The notes beneath the pieces were generated by a model. The model saw only the letters and a list, made by a program, of their open reading frames with translations, was not told the DNA's origin and made no database searches. DNA of 64,000 nucleotides. Origin: Planctomycetota bacterium. Lineage in GTDB: Bacteria; Planctomycetota; B15-G4. Below, piece by piece: positions 1 through 9,649 of the stretch. Made by a program: the position numbers and the translations under genes. Each line of letters opens with the position of its first letter. The stretch's first letter is position 1. The stretch covers positions 1 to 64,000 of the forward strand of contig JBBQUR010000021.1 of assembly GCA_038212275.1 (NCBI GenBank). Direction: 5' to 3'.

Positions 1-230
1 CGGGACCCGCCCCACCCCCGCATGGCGCGGAACCCCGTGCCTCGGCGTGCGTGCGCGGGACGGGAGGTTTGTCCGGCGCGAAGGGCGCCGCTCCCGGAAT
101 TGCTCCGCGTCCTGTTGCCCCACGGGCGCAGCGCCGGACAATCCTCCCGCCCCGCGCACTCCCCGTGCCACGCGACTCCTGCACATCTCGCCCCCAGGGG
201 CAGCCCCCGGCCAAGCGAAGCCGCGCCCCC

Positions 231-2348
231 TCAGCGCCCCGTCGCGTCCCCTTCCTCATCCGTCGGCTTCGGCACCGGCACCGGAATCGGCTGCCGCGCC
301 AGCTGAAAGGTCGCGTCGATGCGGTCCTGCGCGGTGAGGTGATAGAGCCAGATCGTGTTGCCGAGTTTCACCTCGGGCTCGCGGCCTTCCAGCCAGAAGT
401 AGTTGTCGGGGAGGCGCTGCTTGAGGCCGATGTGCACCGCGACCCAGCCCTCGATCGGCGTGAAGGTCTTCGGCGCGGCGAAGGTCGGCGTGTAGCGCAC
501 GCCCCAGGCTTCGGGGTCCACTTCGCCGTAGTAGTCGTAGTAGATGTGGTCGAGCTTGTTGTCGGCCATCCACTCGGCGAGCAGACGCGTGTCCTGGCCC
601 CAGTCGTCGCCGATGACGGACCAGCGCCAGCCGTTCTCGGGGCCGCCGACCAGCTCGTTGAAGTACATGAGGTTGTCGGGCTGCCGCGCGAGCGAGGCGC
701 CGCCGGACCACGCGAGCAGCAGGCAGGCCGGCGCGACGAGGCTCGCACGGCCGGCGCCATCGACGCGGCGCGTGAAGGCGAGCAGCGCGTAGACCGCGGG
801 CAGCGCGAGCGGCAGCCAGTGCGTCCAGCGCGACGCTCCTTTATCCGAGAAGAAGAGCCAGAGCGCGAGCGCGGCCGCCGGGACGGCCAGCGCTCCTGCG
901 AGGCGCTCGGCGCGGCTCGCAAGTGACGGCAGCTCGGCGCCGGCTGCGTGATACGCCCACCCGGCGGGCGCACGCGCTGTCGCCGCAGCCGCCAGCGTGC
1001 CACCCGAGGCGAAGACGCGCGATGCGGCCACGCACACGAAGGGCACCAGCGGCAGGATGTACTTGAAGCCGAGCTGCACGTTGCTGCCGCTGAAGATCGC
1101 GAAGAGCAGCAGCGGGAAGGACCACAGCGCAGCCTCATGCACGGGACCGCGCCACGTCCGGCGCAGCGCGAGCAGCCCCAGCAGGACCAGCAGCGTGAAG
1201 CCTTCGGGATTCTTGATTGCCCAGCTCACCGCGTAGAACTCGGGCGAACTCTCGCGCGAGATGCGGCCGTGGAAGTAGTTGTAGTGGCCCTCGCGCGCGT
1301 GGTCGAGCTGCAGGTCGATGCCCTTGATGAACGAGAGCAGCGGGATGGGAGTCTCCGTGCCGAAGACCGACTCCAGCGCATTCTCGAGCGCCGCGAGCTT
1401 GAAGACCTGGTCGTCCGACTTCGCCACGAGGTAGCGCGCGTGCTGCCGCACCTGGGACAGCGAGCGCGCCTCGCCGCCGTAGAGCAACCACAGCACGCCG
1501 ACCGCCGCGCACAGCGCGAGCAGGGCGTGCAGCAGCAGCGCCGGCCGGCGTCGCGCGATGGCAACGCCGAGCACGAGCAGCCCCATGACCGGCAGCAGCA
1601 TGAGCGCCGTGAGCTTGCTGCCCAGGGCGAGCCCGAGCGTCACGCCGCCCAGCGCAAGGCTGCCGCGCGCGCCCGTGTCGAGCCAGCGCCAGAGGTGGTA
1701 GAGCGTCGCGAAACAGAACAGCGTCACGGCGAAGTCCGCCGACGCGATGACGCTGTGCGCGAGGATGTTGGGATTCGTCGCGTAGAGCGCCAGCGCGGCG
1801 AGGCCCGCGCGCGGTCCGAAGGCCACGCTGGCCCAACGCAGCACGTAGAGCCCGAGCAGCAGACCCAGCAGCACGCCCGGCAGGCGCGCGAGGAAGAGCA
1901 TCTCGTGGACGCCGACGCGTGGCTGATGCGCGTAGAACGAGAACTCGATGCCCGGCTGCTGCTGGTAGTCCTTCGGCAGGTCCAGGTCGAGGAAGAGCAG
2001 CGGCAGGCCGATCAGATACTTCGCGAAGGGCGGGTGCTCGCGGTTGAAGGACAGGTCGCCGGTGACGACGTAGCTGTAGCCCGTGAGGATGTACATGGGC
2101 TCGTCGTAGGTCTCGGACTTGACCCAGGCCTGCCACGTCGCGAGCCCCGCGAAGAGCGCCAGCAGTGCGATGATCGCCGCGAGATGCAGCCCCCGCCGCG
2201 CCGGGCGGGCTGCGGCGCCCGCCGCCACGGTACCGCCTGCGCCTCCGGCGAATGCGCCGACACCCGGGGCAGGCGCCGCACCCGCGCCATCACTGGCGGC
2301 ATCACTGGCGGCATCACTGGCGGCTGTGCTGGCGGTGTGTTCCGTCAC
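231..2348 (-). CDS. ArnT/PMT-like (GT39/GT83-type) membrane glycosyltransferase
   Basis: Many TM segments; N-terminal TYDE...EHPP motif; LGSK motif; C-terminal YFNE...DWGQD periplasmic domain typical of this group. GTG start at 2348 chosen within ORF 231..2372. Confidence 0.8.
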   Translation of the reverse strand: MTEHTASTAASDAASDAASDGAGAAPAPGVGAFAGGAGGTVAAGAAARPARRGLHLAAIIALLALFAGLATWQAWVKSETYDEPMYILTGYSYVVTGDLSFNREHPPFAKYLIGLPLLFLDLDLPKDYQQQPGIEFSFYAHQPRVGVHEMLFLARLPGVLLGLLLGLYVLRWASVAFGPRAGLAALALYATNPNILAHSVIASADFAVTLFCFATLYHLWRWLDTGARGSLALGGVTLGLALGSKLTALMLLPVMGLLVLGVAIARRRPALLLHALLALCAAVGVLWLLYGGEARSLSQVRQHARYLVAKSDDQVFKLAALENALESVFGTETPIPLLSFIKGIDLQLDHAREGHYNYFHGRISRESSPEFYAVSWAIKNPEGFTLLVLLGLLALRRTWRGPVHEAALWSFPLLLFAIFSGSNVQLGFKYILPLVPFVCVAASRVFASGGTLAAAATARAPAGWAYHAAGAELPSLASRAERLAGALAVPAAALALWLFFSDKGASRWTHWLPLALPAVYALLAFTRRVDGAGRASLVAPACLLLAWSGGASLARQPDNLMYFNELVGGPENGWRWSVIGDDWGQDTRLLAEWMADNKLDHIYYDYYGEVDPEAWGVRYTPTFAAPKTFTPIEGWVAVHIGLKQRLPDNYFWLEGREPEVKLGNTIWLYHLTAQDRIDATFQLARQPIPVPVPKPTDEEGDATGR
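2288..2323. repeat. 12-nt tandem repeat x3 (CATCACTGGCGG), in frame, encodes ASDA repeats
   Basis: Read directly from the sequence. Confidence 0.9.
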
Positions 2349-2471
2349 GCCGCGGAGGATCGCACACCGCACGCACCGCCGCGACGGTGCAGCGGAAAGG
2401 GAGCCGGGCGCCGGCCTTGCAGCCGACGCCCGGTGTCCTTCATGTCCAGCGGCCGCCGACGGGCCGGTGGA

Positions 2472-3434
2472 TCAGCTGCGCGACTCTGCCAACTCCGCCG
2501 CGCGCTTGCCGCTCGGCGTGTCGGGGTACTTCTTGGCGATGCCGACATAGGCCTTCACCGCCTTCTCCAGTTCGCCCTTGCGCCACTGCACGAAGGCCTC
2601 CTGGAGCTTGCCGAACGCCGCAAGTTCCTCCGCAGCGGTCTTGTCCTTCTTCAGCTCATCGGCGCCGAGCTTTCCGGCCTCGGCTCCCGGGATGCCGTCG
2701 AACGACGTGGTCACCTCGGTGTAGAGCTTCATCGCCTGGCCGAACTCACGCGCCTCGACGGCCGACTTGGCCGCCGCGAGCTTGTCGTCCATCGACTTGG
2801 TGATGAAGTCCGCCGCCGCCTTCAGTTCGACGTTGTCCGGCGCCTTCACGAGTGCCTTGTTCAGCGCGGCCTGAACCTTGCCGTACTTGCGCTTGGCGAA
2901 GAGCGCATTGATGTCCTTCCACTCGTCCGGAAGGACGGGCGGAGCTGCGTGCGAATCGATCTGCTCCTTGAGCCAATCCTGGTCAAGGTTTCCCGGGTGA
3001 CCTTCCCACACGATGTACCCATCGGGATCGATGAGGTAGCCCGAGGGATACCCCTGGATGCCGTAGATGCGATCGGTGTCCTCACCCTTGATCATCAGGA
3101 TCGGGTGCTTCATCTTGGACTTGGTCACGTCCTTGCTGACGAGGCTGTCTGGTTCGTTGGTCACGCCAACGACCACCAATCCCTTGGGACCAAGCTCCTT
3201 CTGGAGCTTGTTCATGGTCGGGATCAGTGAATGGCAGGGGCGTCACCAGGTACGCCAGAACTCCACGAGCACATAGTTGCCCTGCAGGTCCGACAGCTTG
3301 GCGTCGGCCTGGGCGTAGTCGATCCACGTGCCCTGCATTTCGGGCGCGGGATCTCCTACCTTCACCTTCACGGCGTCACCGGCGGCAGGCAGCAGGCCCA
3401 CGGCGAGGATGGCCGCGACGAGTACCGACTTCAT
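2472..3434 (-). CDS. Exported TlpA/redoxin-like thioredoxin-fold protein with C-terminal helical (TPR-like) domain; in-frame TGA at 3243-3245 probably read as selenocysteine (UxxC)
   Basis: GAGGAG RBS before ATG 3434; signal peptide MKSVLVAAILAVGLL; KVGDPAP...VLVEFWRTW-TGA-RPC continues in frame into ORF 2472..3215 (GYP cis-Pro loop, LIDPDG). 320 codons if read through. Confidence 0.8.
3174..3229 (-). promoter_or_regulatory. Putative SECIS-like mRNA stem-loop downstream of the in-frame UGA
   Basis: Minus strand CACUGAUCCC-GACC-(AUGAAC)-AAGCUCC[AGAA]GGAGCUU-GGUC-(CCAA)-GGGAUUGGUG gives 21 pairs including 2 G-U by manual pairing; starts 14 nt after the UGA. Confidence 0.55.
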
Positions 3435-3787
3435 GTCGTCACTCCTCGTTGAGACATCGGGCCGGAGACCCGCGGCGAACTGCCGTTTCCCCGGTGTTAC
3501 GGAACGTTGCCATCGTCGCACGGACTCCGGTGCTTTGGAATCTCCCGTGTCGGCCGCGTCGCCCGCGTCGGCCGCGCCGGCCGCGGGCGGCGCCGGGCCG
3601 GGCAACGCGATGAAGGACGTGATCAGGCTGGCCGGGCCGGACCGGGCCGGGCCGGGGCGCGGCGTGAGCGGCGGGAGCGGCGTAACGGGCGTGCGGGACG
3701 GGAGACGCTGGCGAGGCGCGGGGGCGGGGGCTATCGTCGCCGGCCCTTCAGTCCACGCTCACGTCCTCGAACACTCTGGGAGCCCCC

Positions 3788-4156
3788 ATGCCATCGGTCG
3801 CAGTCGTCGGAGCTTCGGCGGATCGCAGCAAGTTCGGAAACAAGGCCGTGCGGGCCTACGTGCGCCAGGGCTGGACGGTCTACCCGGTGCACCCGAAGCT
3901 GGCTGAAATCGAGGGCCTGAAGGCCTACGCCTCGGTGAAGGACCTGCCCGACACGGTGCAGCGGATCGCGCTTTACCTGCCGCCGGAGATCGGGCTCGCG
4001 GTGCTGCCCGACCTCGTCCGACTCAAGCAGGCCGAGCTCTTCGTCAATCCGGGCGCCGACAGCGACGCGCTCATCGATCGCGCCCACGACCTCGGCCTGG
4101 AGCCCATCCAGGCCTGCGCCATCGTGGATGTCGGCGAGAGTCCGTCCTCGCTCTGA
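3788..4156 (+). CDS. CoA-binding protein (YccU-like)
   Basis: VAVVGASADRSKFG...VYPVHP...NPGA...C pattern, 122 aa. Confidence 0.9.
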   Translation: MPSVAVVGASADRSKFGNKAVRAYVRQGWTVYPVHPKLAEIEGLKAYASVKDLPDTVQRIALYLPPEIGLAVLPDLVRLKQAELFVNPGADSDALIDRAHDLGLEPIQACAIVDVGESPSSL

Positions 4157-4171
4157 GCTCCGCCCCGCCAC

Positions 4172-5071
4172 TCAGTAGCCGGCGGCATCCAGCGGCGGCG
4201 AGGCCTGCAGCGCGAGCCAGAATGCGGCGCCTGCCAGCCCCGCGCAGACGATGAGCTGCGCGCAGAGCGTGCCCGCCCCATCGGCAGAGGCCCTGCGGCC
4301 TTCGCCCGATGACGCCGCACGACGGTGCAGCACCTCGGCCCCGAGCCGCACGACGAGCGCGCCGAGCGGCACGGCGGCGAGCAGCAGCGCCGATGCCGGC
4401 GGCACGTCCGCGAGGAGCAGGCCGGCGAGCAGCAGCACGCCGAGCACGAGCGCCGCGGGACTGGCCACGCCGAGCAGCACGTCGGCGCTGCGCTGCCGGG
4501 CGCAGAGCACGAGCGTCGCGCCCAGCGTGGAGGTCAGCACGCCCGCGAGTTGCGCCAGCACGATGCTGCCCGAGATGCCGAGCACGGCCGCACAGCCCAG
4601 TGACGTGACGAAAAGCACGGCGACGGGCCCGCCGCGCGCGTGCGGCAGCGCCAGCGTTTCCAGCGCGGACCATGCGACGGCGATGCCCGCGCCGAGCACG
4701 AGCAGCTCGCGCAGCAGGCCGAGGCCCTCGTGCTCACGCCCGAGCACCTTGCCGACGACGAGCCACGCAGCGAGGCCCGCGAGCAGCAGCCGCGAGAGCG
4801 AGCGCAGCCCCGTCGGCCCGCGACGCGTGAGCCCCGTGACGCCGACGCAGAGGCCGAGCAGCGCGACGACGGCGACCCAGTCCGTGCTCTCGCGCGGCAC
4901 CCAGCCGCGCCAGCCGCGCAGCCCCACATGCCCCGCGACGTAGCCGAGCCCCACGGCGATCGCACCGGCCACCGCCCCCGGCAGCGCGCGCCGCAGCACG
5001 AGCAGCAGAAGCCCCGCGAGCACGGCAGGCAGCAGGATGCCGAAGCCCAGGTCGGAGACGGTCGGTTCCAT
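4172..5071 (-). CDS. Hypothetical integral membrane protein
   Basis: About 9-10 hydrophobic segments; follows yceI on the same strand; GC3-rich codons. Confidence 0.7.
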   Translation of the reverse strand: MEPTVSDLGFGILLPAVLAGLLLLVLRRALPGAVAGAIAVGLGYVAGHVGLRGWRGWVPRESTDWVAVVALLGLCVGVTGLTRRGPTGLRSLSRLLLAGLAAWLVVGKVLGREHEGLGLLRELLVLGAGIAVAWSALETLALPHARGGPVAVLFVTSLGCAAVLGISGSIVLAQLAGVLTSTLGATLVLCARQRSADVLLGVASPAALVLGVLLLAGLLLADVPPASALLLAAVPLGALVVRLGAEVLHRRAASSGEGRRASADGAGTLCAQLIVCAGLAGAAFWLALQASPPLDAAGY

Positions 5072-5098
5072 CGTGCGCTCGCGCGATCGGTCGTGGCT

Positions 5099-5749
5099 TC
5101 AGTCGACCTTGCCGGCCTCGACGGACAGCGTGACGAAGACCTCGTCGCCCAGCGGCCCGATCATGTTGTTCATGCCGAAGTCGCTGCGCTTGAGCGTGAA
5201 GGTCGTCTCGAAGCCGGCGAGCGCGGGCCCGCGGCCGGTGGACGGCGCCGTGCCCGCCGGCGTGACCTGCACCGTGAGGGGCTTCGTCTCGCCGTGCATC
5301 GTCACCTTGCCGGACACTTCGAGCACACCGTCCTTGAGCGCCTTGACCTTCTCGCTCTGGAAGGTGATCTCCGGAAATTCCTTGGCGCTGAAGAAGTCCG
5401 GGCTCATCAGGTGCTGGTCGCGCTTCTCGTTGTTCGTGTCGACGCTGTCCACGGCGATGCTCAGCTCGACGACGCTGTTCTCGGGGTGCGCGCTGTCCAG
5501 CACGAGCGAACCGGCCAGCTGATTGAAGCGGCCATAAGACCAGCTCACGTCCATGTGCTTCACGCGGAAGATCACCGCGGAGTGCACCGAGTCGATCGTG
5601 TAGTTGCCACTGGCGTCGTCGCCGCGGGCGGCGGGCGCTGCGGCGGACTTGGCCGCCGGCTTCGTCTGCGGCAGCGGGATGAAGGCGAGGGACAGCGCCC
5701 CGAGGACGGCGGACACTCCGAGCACGGACAGCAGGCGGCACTTCGACAT
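5099..5749 (-). CDS. YceI family lipid/polyisoprenoid-binding protein
   Basis: Signal peptide; YTIDSVHS, GRF, SVDT...RDQHL...DFF...FPEITF, G.VTMHG, RSDFGM motifs. ATG 5749 chosen. Confidence 0.92.
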   Translation of the reverse strand: MSKCRLLSVLGVSAVLGALSLAFIPLPQTKPAAKSAAAPAARGDDASGNYTIDSVHSAVIFRVKHMDVSWSYGRFNQLAGSLVLDSAHPENSVVELSIAVDSVDTNNEKRDQHLMSPDFFSAKEFPEITFQSEKVKALKDGVLEVSGKVTMHGETKPLTVQVTPAGTAPSTGRGPALAGFETTFTLKRSDFGMNNMIGPLGDEVFVTLSVEAGKVD

Positions 5750-5888
5750 CGGACATCTCGCAGAGGGGGACGGGGACAGGCATGGCGGCGCGCACGTCGA
5801 GCCGACCATCGTCTCGCGCGCGACCGGCGCATTATGAGCAGCGCTCCCGCCCGGGAACCAGCGCGGCGCCGTGATAGCCTTGCCCGCC

Positions 5889-6836
5889 ATGCGCGCCGTC
5901 TGGGTCGCCGAGGGATGCGTGACGTGGCGCGACGACGTGCCCGTGTCGGCCGCCGGGGAATGCCGTGTCGCCGTGCTGCGCGCGGGCATCTGCGCCACCG
6001 ACCTCGCCCTCGTCCGCGGCTACATGGGTTTCCGCGGAGTTCCGGGTCACGAGTTCGTCGGCCGCGCGCTGGACGGGCCGCTGGCCGGGCAACGCGTCGT
6101 GGGCGAGATCAACGCCGGCTGCGGCCGCTGCGCCGACTGCCGGGCCGGCGACAGCAGGCATTGCCCCGCGCGCACCGTGCTCGGGATCCTCGGCCGCAAC
6201 GGCGCCTTCGCGGAACAGCTCACGCTGCCGGCGCGCAACCTGATCGCCGTACCCGACGACATCTCCACCGACGAGGCGGTCTTCGCCGAGCCTCTTGCCG
6301 CGGCGCTGGCCATCCTCGAGCAAGTCGAGGTGGACTCGTCCACCTCCGTGCTCGTCGCCGGCGACGGGCGCCTCGGCCTGCTCATCGCGCACGTGCTGCA
6401 TCGCGCCGGCGCGGACGTCACCGTCGCCGGCCGCCACGCCGAGCGCGCCGCGCTGCTGCCGGACGGCGTGCGGCACGCCCTCGGTCGGCTCGAGCAGCCG
6501 CCCTCGCAGCGCTACGACCTCGCCGTGGAAGCCACCGGGCAGAGCGACGCGCTGCCGCTGCTGCTCCGCCACGTCCGCCCGCGCGGCACCGTGGTGCTGA
6601 AGACCACGACCGAGCTGCCCACGCCGCTCGACCTCGCGCCACTGGTCGTGGACGAGCAGCGACTCATCGGCAGTCGGTGTGGACGTCTCGGGCCGGCGCT
6701 CGAGCTGCTGGCCAGTCACGCCGTTCCCGTGCAGCGCCTCATCACGGCGCGCTATCCGCTGGAACACGCCCCCGCCGCGCTGGAACACGCCGGCCGTCGC
6801 GGCGTGCTCAAAGTGCTCCTCGACGTCGCAAGCTAG
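5889..6836 (+). CDS. Zinc-dependent alcohol dehydrogenase (MDR family)
   Basis: GICATD, GHE, CxxCxxC...C structural Zn site, EPLA, GDGRLG dinucleotide motif. Confidence 0.9.
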   Translation: MRAVWVAEGCVTWRDDVPVSAAGECRVAVLRAGICATDLALVRGYMGFRGVPGHEFVGRALDGPLAGQRVVGEINAGCGRCADCRAGDSRHCPARTVLGILGRNGAFAEQLTLPARNLIAVPDDISTDEAVFAEPLAAALAILEQVEVDSSTSVLVAGDGRLGLLIAHVLHRAGADVTVAGRHAERAALLPDGVRHALGRLEQPPSQRYDLAVEATGQSDALPLLLRHVRPRGTVVLKTTTELPTPLDLAPLVVDEQRLIGSRCGRLGPALELLASHAVPVQRLITARYPLEHAPAALEHAGRRGVLKVLLDVAS

Positions 6837-8107
6837 ACCGCCTCGCCCGCCGCCGCGCCGCTGGCCCAGGCCCACTGGAAGTTGAAGCCGCCCAGCCAGC
6901 CGGTCACGTCCACGACCTCGCCGATGAAGTGCAGGCCGGGCACGGCGCGCGCCTCCAGCGTGCGCGACGACAGGCCGGCCGTCGCCACGCCGCCCAGCGT
7001 CACCTCCGCCTTCTCCCAGCCGGCGTCGGCTGCGGGCAGCACGCGCCAGGCGTGCATCGCGGCGGCGGCCGCGGCCAGCTCGCGGTCCGCGCACTGGGCA
7101 AGCGGCCTCGCCGCGACGGCCTGCCCCACCGAGCCCTCGAGCAAGCGCTCGACGAGGCGCCTGGGGAGTCGCTCCGCGAAGGCATTGCGCAGAAGTTCGC
7201 GGGCGCCGGCCGCCTTGCGCGAGGCAAGCTCGGCGGCAAGGTCGGCCGACGGCGCGAGGTCGATCGTCAGCGCGACACCCGCGCGCCAGTAGTTGCTGGC
7301 CTGCAGGATGGCCGGCCCCGACAAGCCACCGTGCGTGAAGAGCACGTTTTCCTCGAACGACGCGCCGCCGCACGACACGCGCGAGAAGACCGCGATGCCG
7401 GCCAGCTCCGCGAAGCGCTCGCGATCAGGGCGCGAGAAGAGCAGCGGCACGAGGCCGGGGCGCGGCGGCACGATCTCCAGGCCGAAGGCGCGCGCGATGC
7501 GATAACCGATGTCGTTGGCGCCCAGTCGCGGCCACGACAAGCCGCCCGTGGCCACCACGCAGGCGCGGCAGGCCAGCGACTCGCCGGCGGTGCGCACGAC
7601 AAAGCCCGGTGCTTCCGATGTCCCGCCGTGCGCGCCGTCGGGCGCCTCGGTGCGAGCCACGTCGCGCGCCCCGTCGCGCACCCCGTCGCGCACGACGTCG
7701 CGCACGACGTCGCGCACGCGGGCATTCACGCGGAGCTCGACGCCCGCTTCGGCGCATTCGGCGGCGAGCATTTCGCTGATGCGACGCGCGGAGTCGTCGC
7801 AGAAGAGCTGGCCCCATTTGCGCTCGTGAAAGGGAATGGCGTGCCGCTCCACGAGCGCGAGAAAGTCCCCGGGCGTGAAACGTGCGAGCGCCGATCGCGC
7901 GAAGTCCGGGTTGGCGGAGACGTAGTGGCCGGCCTCGACGCGCCGGTTGGTGAAGTTGCAGCGTCCTCCGCCCGATACGAGGATCTTCTTGCCGATGCGC
8001 TCGTTGGCCTCGAGCACCAGCACGGAGCGTCCGCGGCGTCCCGCGACGGCGGCGCACATGAGCCCGGCGCCGCCGGCTCCGATCACGATGACGTCGTGGA
8101 CCTCCAT
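6833..8107 (-). CDS. HI0933/YhiN/BaiN family flavoprotein
   Basis: GAGGAG, GKKILVSGGGRCNFTN, ATGG.S.P, LFTHGGLSGP, GEVVDVTGWLGGFNFQWA. Confidence 0.93.
   Translation of the reverse strand: MEVHDVIVIGAGGAGLMCAAVAGRRGRSVLVLEANERIGKKILVSGGGRCNFTNRRVEAGHYVSANPDFARSALARFTPGDFLALVERHAIPFHERKWGQLFCDDSARRISEMLAAECAEAGVELRVNARVRDVVRDVVRDGVRDGARDVARTEAPDGAHGGTSEAPGFVVRTAGESLACRACVVATGGLSWPRLGANDIGYRIARAFGLEIVPPRPGLVPLLFSRPDRERFAELAGIAVFSRVSCGGASFEENVLFTHGGLSGPAILQASNYWRAGVALTIDLAPSADLAAELASRKAAGARELLRNAFAERLPRRLVERLLEGSVGQAVAARPLAQCADRELAAAAAAMHAWRVLPAADAGWEKAEVTLGGVATAGLSSRTLEARAVPGLHFIGEVVDVTGWLGGFNFQWAWASGAAAGEAV
7661..7718. repeat. 12-nt imperfect tandem repeat x5 (GTCGCGCACGAC-like), in frame, encodes RDVV/RDGV
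   Basis: Units start at 7661, 7673, 7685, 7697 and 7709. Confidence 0.85.
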
Positions 8108-8254
8108 CGGCGGGAGGATGCCATCGACCCGAGGGCCGTGGCGACTGCCAGCCGGGCCGGCGCGGCGCCGGACGCCGCGTTGTTCGCGCCCGGACGATCA
8201 CCTACGCTGGTCGATCGGGTGCCATCCAACAGTTCCAGCGGCCCTGCCGGTTCC

Positions 8255-9649
8255 ATGGGCTCCGTCAGGAGAACGCTCAGCGTGTCGATCCGAATCCCGC
8301 GCTCACTGTCCGGCGCCGTGCCGGCCGCGATCTCGCTCGGTGTGTCGCTCGGTGTGTCGCTCGCGCTGCTGCTGGCGGGGCCAGCCGTCGCCGCGCAATC
8401 GCAGACCACCGTCTTCGCCGGCGCCCGCATCCTGCCCATCTCCGGGCCTCCCATCGACGAGGGCGTGCTGATCGTCGAGCGCGGCGTCATCGTCGCCGTC
8501 GGACCGGCCAACGAGGTCGCGATCCCGGAGAACGCCAGCATCCGCGAGCTGAGCGGCCGCACCATCATGCCCGGCCTCGTGGACACGCACAGCCACATCG
8601 GCGGCGGCTGGGGCGCGGACGGCAGCACGCCGATCCAGCCCGACGTGCGCATGCTCGACGCGGTGAACTGCCGCGACGAAGGCTTTCAGCGCGCGCAGGC
8701 CGGCGGCATCACCACCGCCAACGTGATGTCCGGCTCCGGGCACCTGATGAGCGGCCAGACCATCTACCTGAAGCTGAAGGACGCCAACACCATCGAGGCC
8801 ATGGCCTACCACGACGCGGACGGCGGCATCGCCGGCGGCATGAGGATGGCCAACGGCACCAACAGCCAGGGCGAGGCGCCTTTCCCCGGCACGCGCGGAA
8901 AGTCCGCGGCGCTGGTGCGCGAGCGCTTCGTCGCAGCGCTTGCCTATCGCGACAAGCTCGCGCGCGCCGGCGACGACGTCAGCAAGCGGCCCGAGCGCGA
9001 CCTCGACATGGAGGCGCTGCTCGAAGTGCTCGACGGCAAGCGCATCGTGCAGCATCACACGCACCGTCACGACGACATCATGACCGTGCTGCGCCTCAAG
9101 GAGGAGTTCGGCTTCCGCGTCGTGCTGCACCACGTGAGCGAGGCCTGGAAGGTCGCCGACGAGATCGCGGCCGCGCACGTGCCGTGCTCGGTCATCGTGG
9201 TGGATGCTCCCGGCGGCAAGCTGGAGGCCATGGATGCGGATTGGAAGACCGGCGGCGTGCTCGAACGCGCGGGCGTGCTGGTCGCCTTCCACACCGACGA
9301 CTGGATCACGGACAGCCGGCTCTTCCTGCGTTCGGCCGCGCTGGCCGTGCGCGCAGGCATGACGCGCGAGGGCGCCCTGGCGGCGCTCACGCTCAACGGC
9401 GCGAAGATGCTCGACCTCGACGGCCACATCGGCTCGCTGGAGCCCGGCAAGGATGCCGACTTCGTCGTGCTCTCGGGCGACCCGCTCTCCGTCTACACGC
9501 AGGTGCTGGAGACCTGGGTGTCGGGCGAGAAGGTCTTCGATCGCACGCTGGCCCCGGATCGCCTCTGGGCCGAGGGCGGCTGGGGCGCGGGCCGTCCGCG
9601 CGCGGGCATGATCTGCTGCATGGGCAACGGCTTCGGGGAGGAACGCTGA
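8255..9649 (+). CDS. Amidohydrolase family protein (exported)
   Basis: Signal-like N-terminus; MPGLVDTHSH, GGITT, HTDD, GSLEPGKDADFVV. Real gene is the 3' end of ORF 4640..9649; start uncertain. Confidence 0.88.
   Translation: MGSVRRTLSVSIRIPRSLSGAVPAAISLGVSLGVSLALLLAGPAVAAQSQTTVFAGARILPISGPPIDEGVLIVERGVIVAVGPANEVAIPENASIRELSGRTIMPGLVDTHSHIGGGWGADGSTPIQPDVRMLDAVNCRDEGFQRAQAGGITTANVMSGSGHLMSGQTIYLKLKDANTIEAMAYHDADGGIAGGMRMANGTNSQGEAPFPGTRGKSAALVRERFVAALAYRDKLARAGDDVSKRPERDLDMEALLEVLDGKRIVQHHTHRHDDIMTVLRLKEEFGFRVVLHHVSEAWKVADEIAAAHVPCSVIVVDAPGGKLEAMDADWKTGGVLERAGVLVAFHTDDWITDSRLFLRSAALAVRAGMTREGALAALTLNGAKMLDLDGHIGSLEPGKDADFVVLSGDPLSVYTQVLETWVSGEKVFDRTLAPDRLWAEGGWGAGRPRAGMICCMGNGFGEER

Noticed and set aside
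1..230. Short ORFs at the left edge of the window
   Set aside because: Low-complexity translations with no motifs; no call can be supported.
3243..3605. Treating the TlpA halves as two genes or a pseudogene, or invoking genome-wide TGA reassignment
   Set aside because: The TGA falls exactly at the catalytic Cys with the frame preserved and a downstream hairpin. Many other genes in the window end at TGA with coupled downstream starts, so TGA is normally a stop.
4640..9649. 1669-aa ORF that looks like a giant protein
   Set aside because: Only the last ~465 aa (amidohydrolase) are protein-like. The rest is an Arg/Ala-rich shadow frame over yceI, the ADH and the HI0933 gene, as expected when stops are scarce in high-GC DNA.
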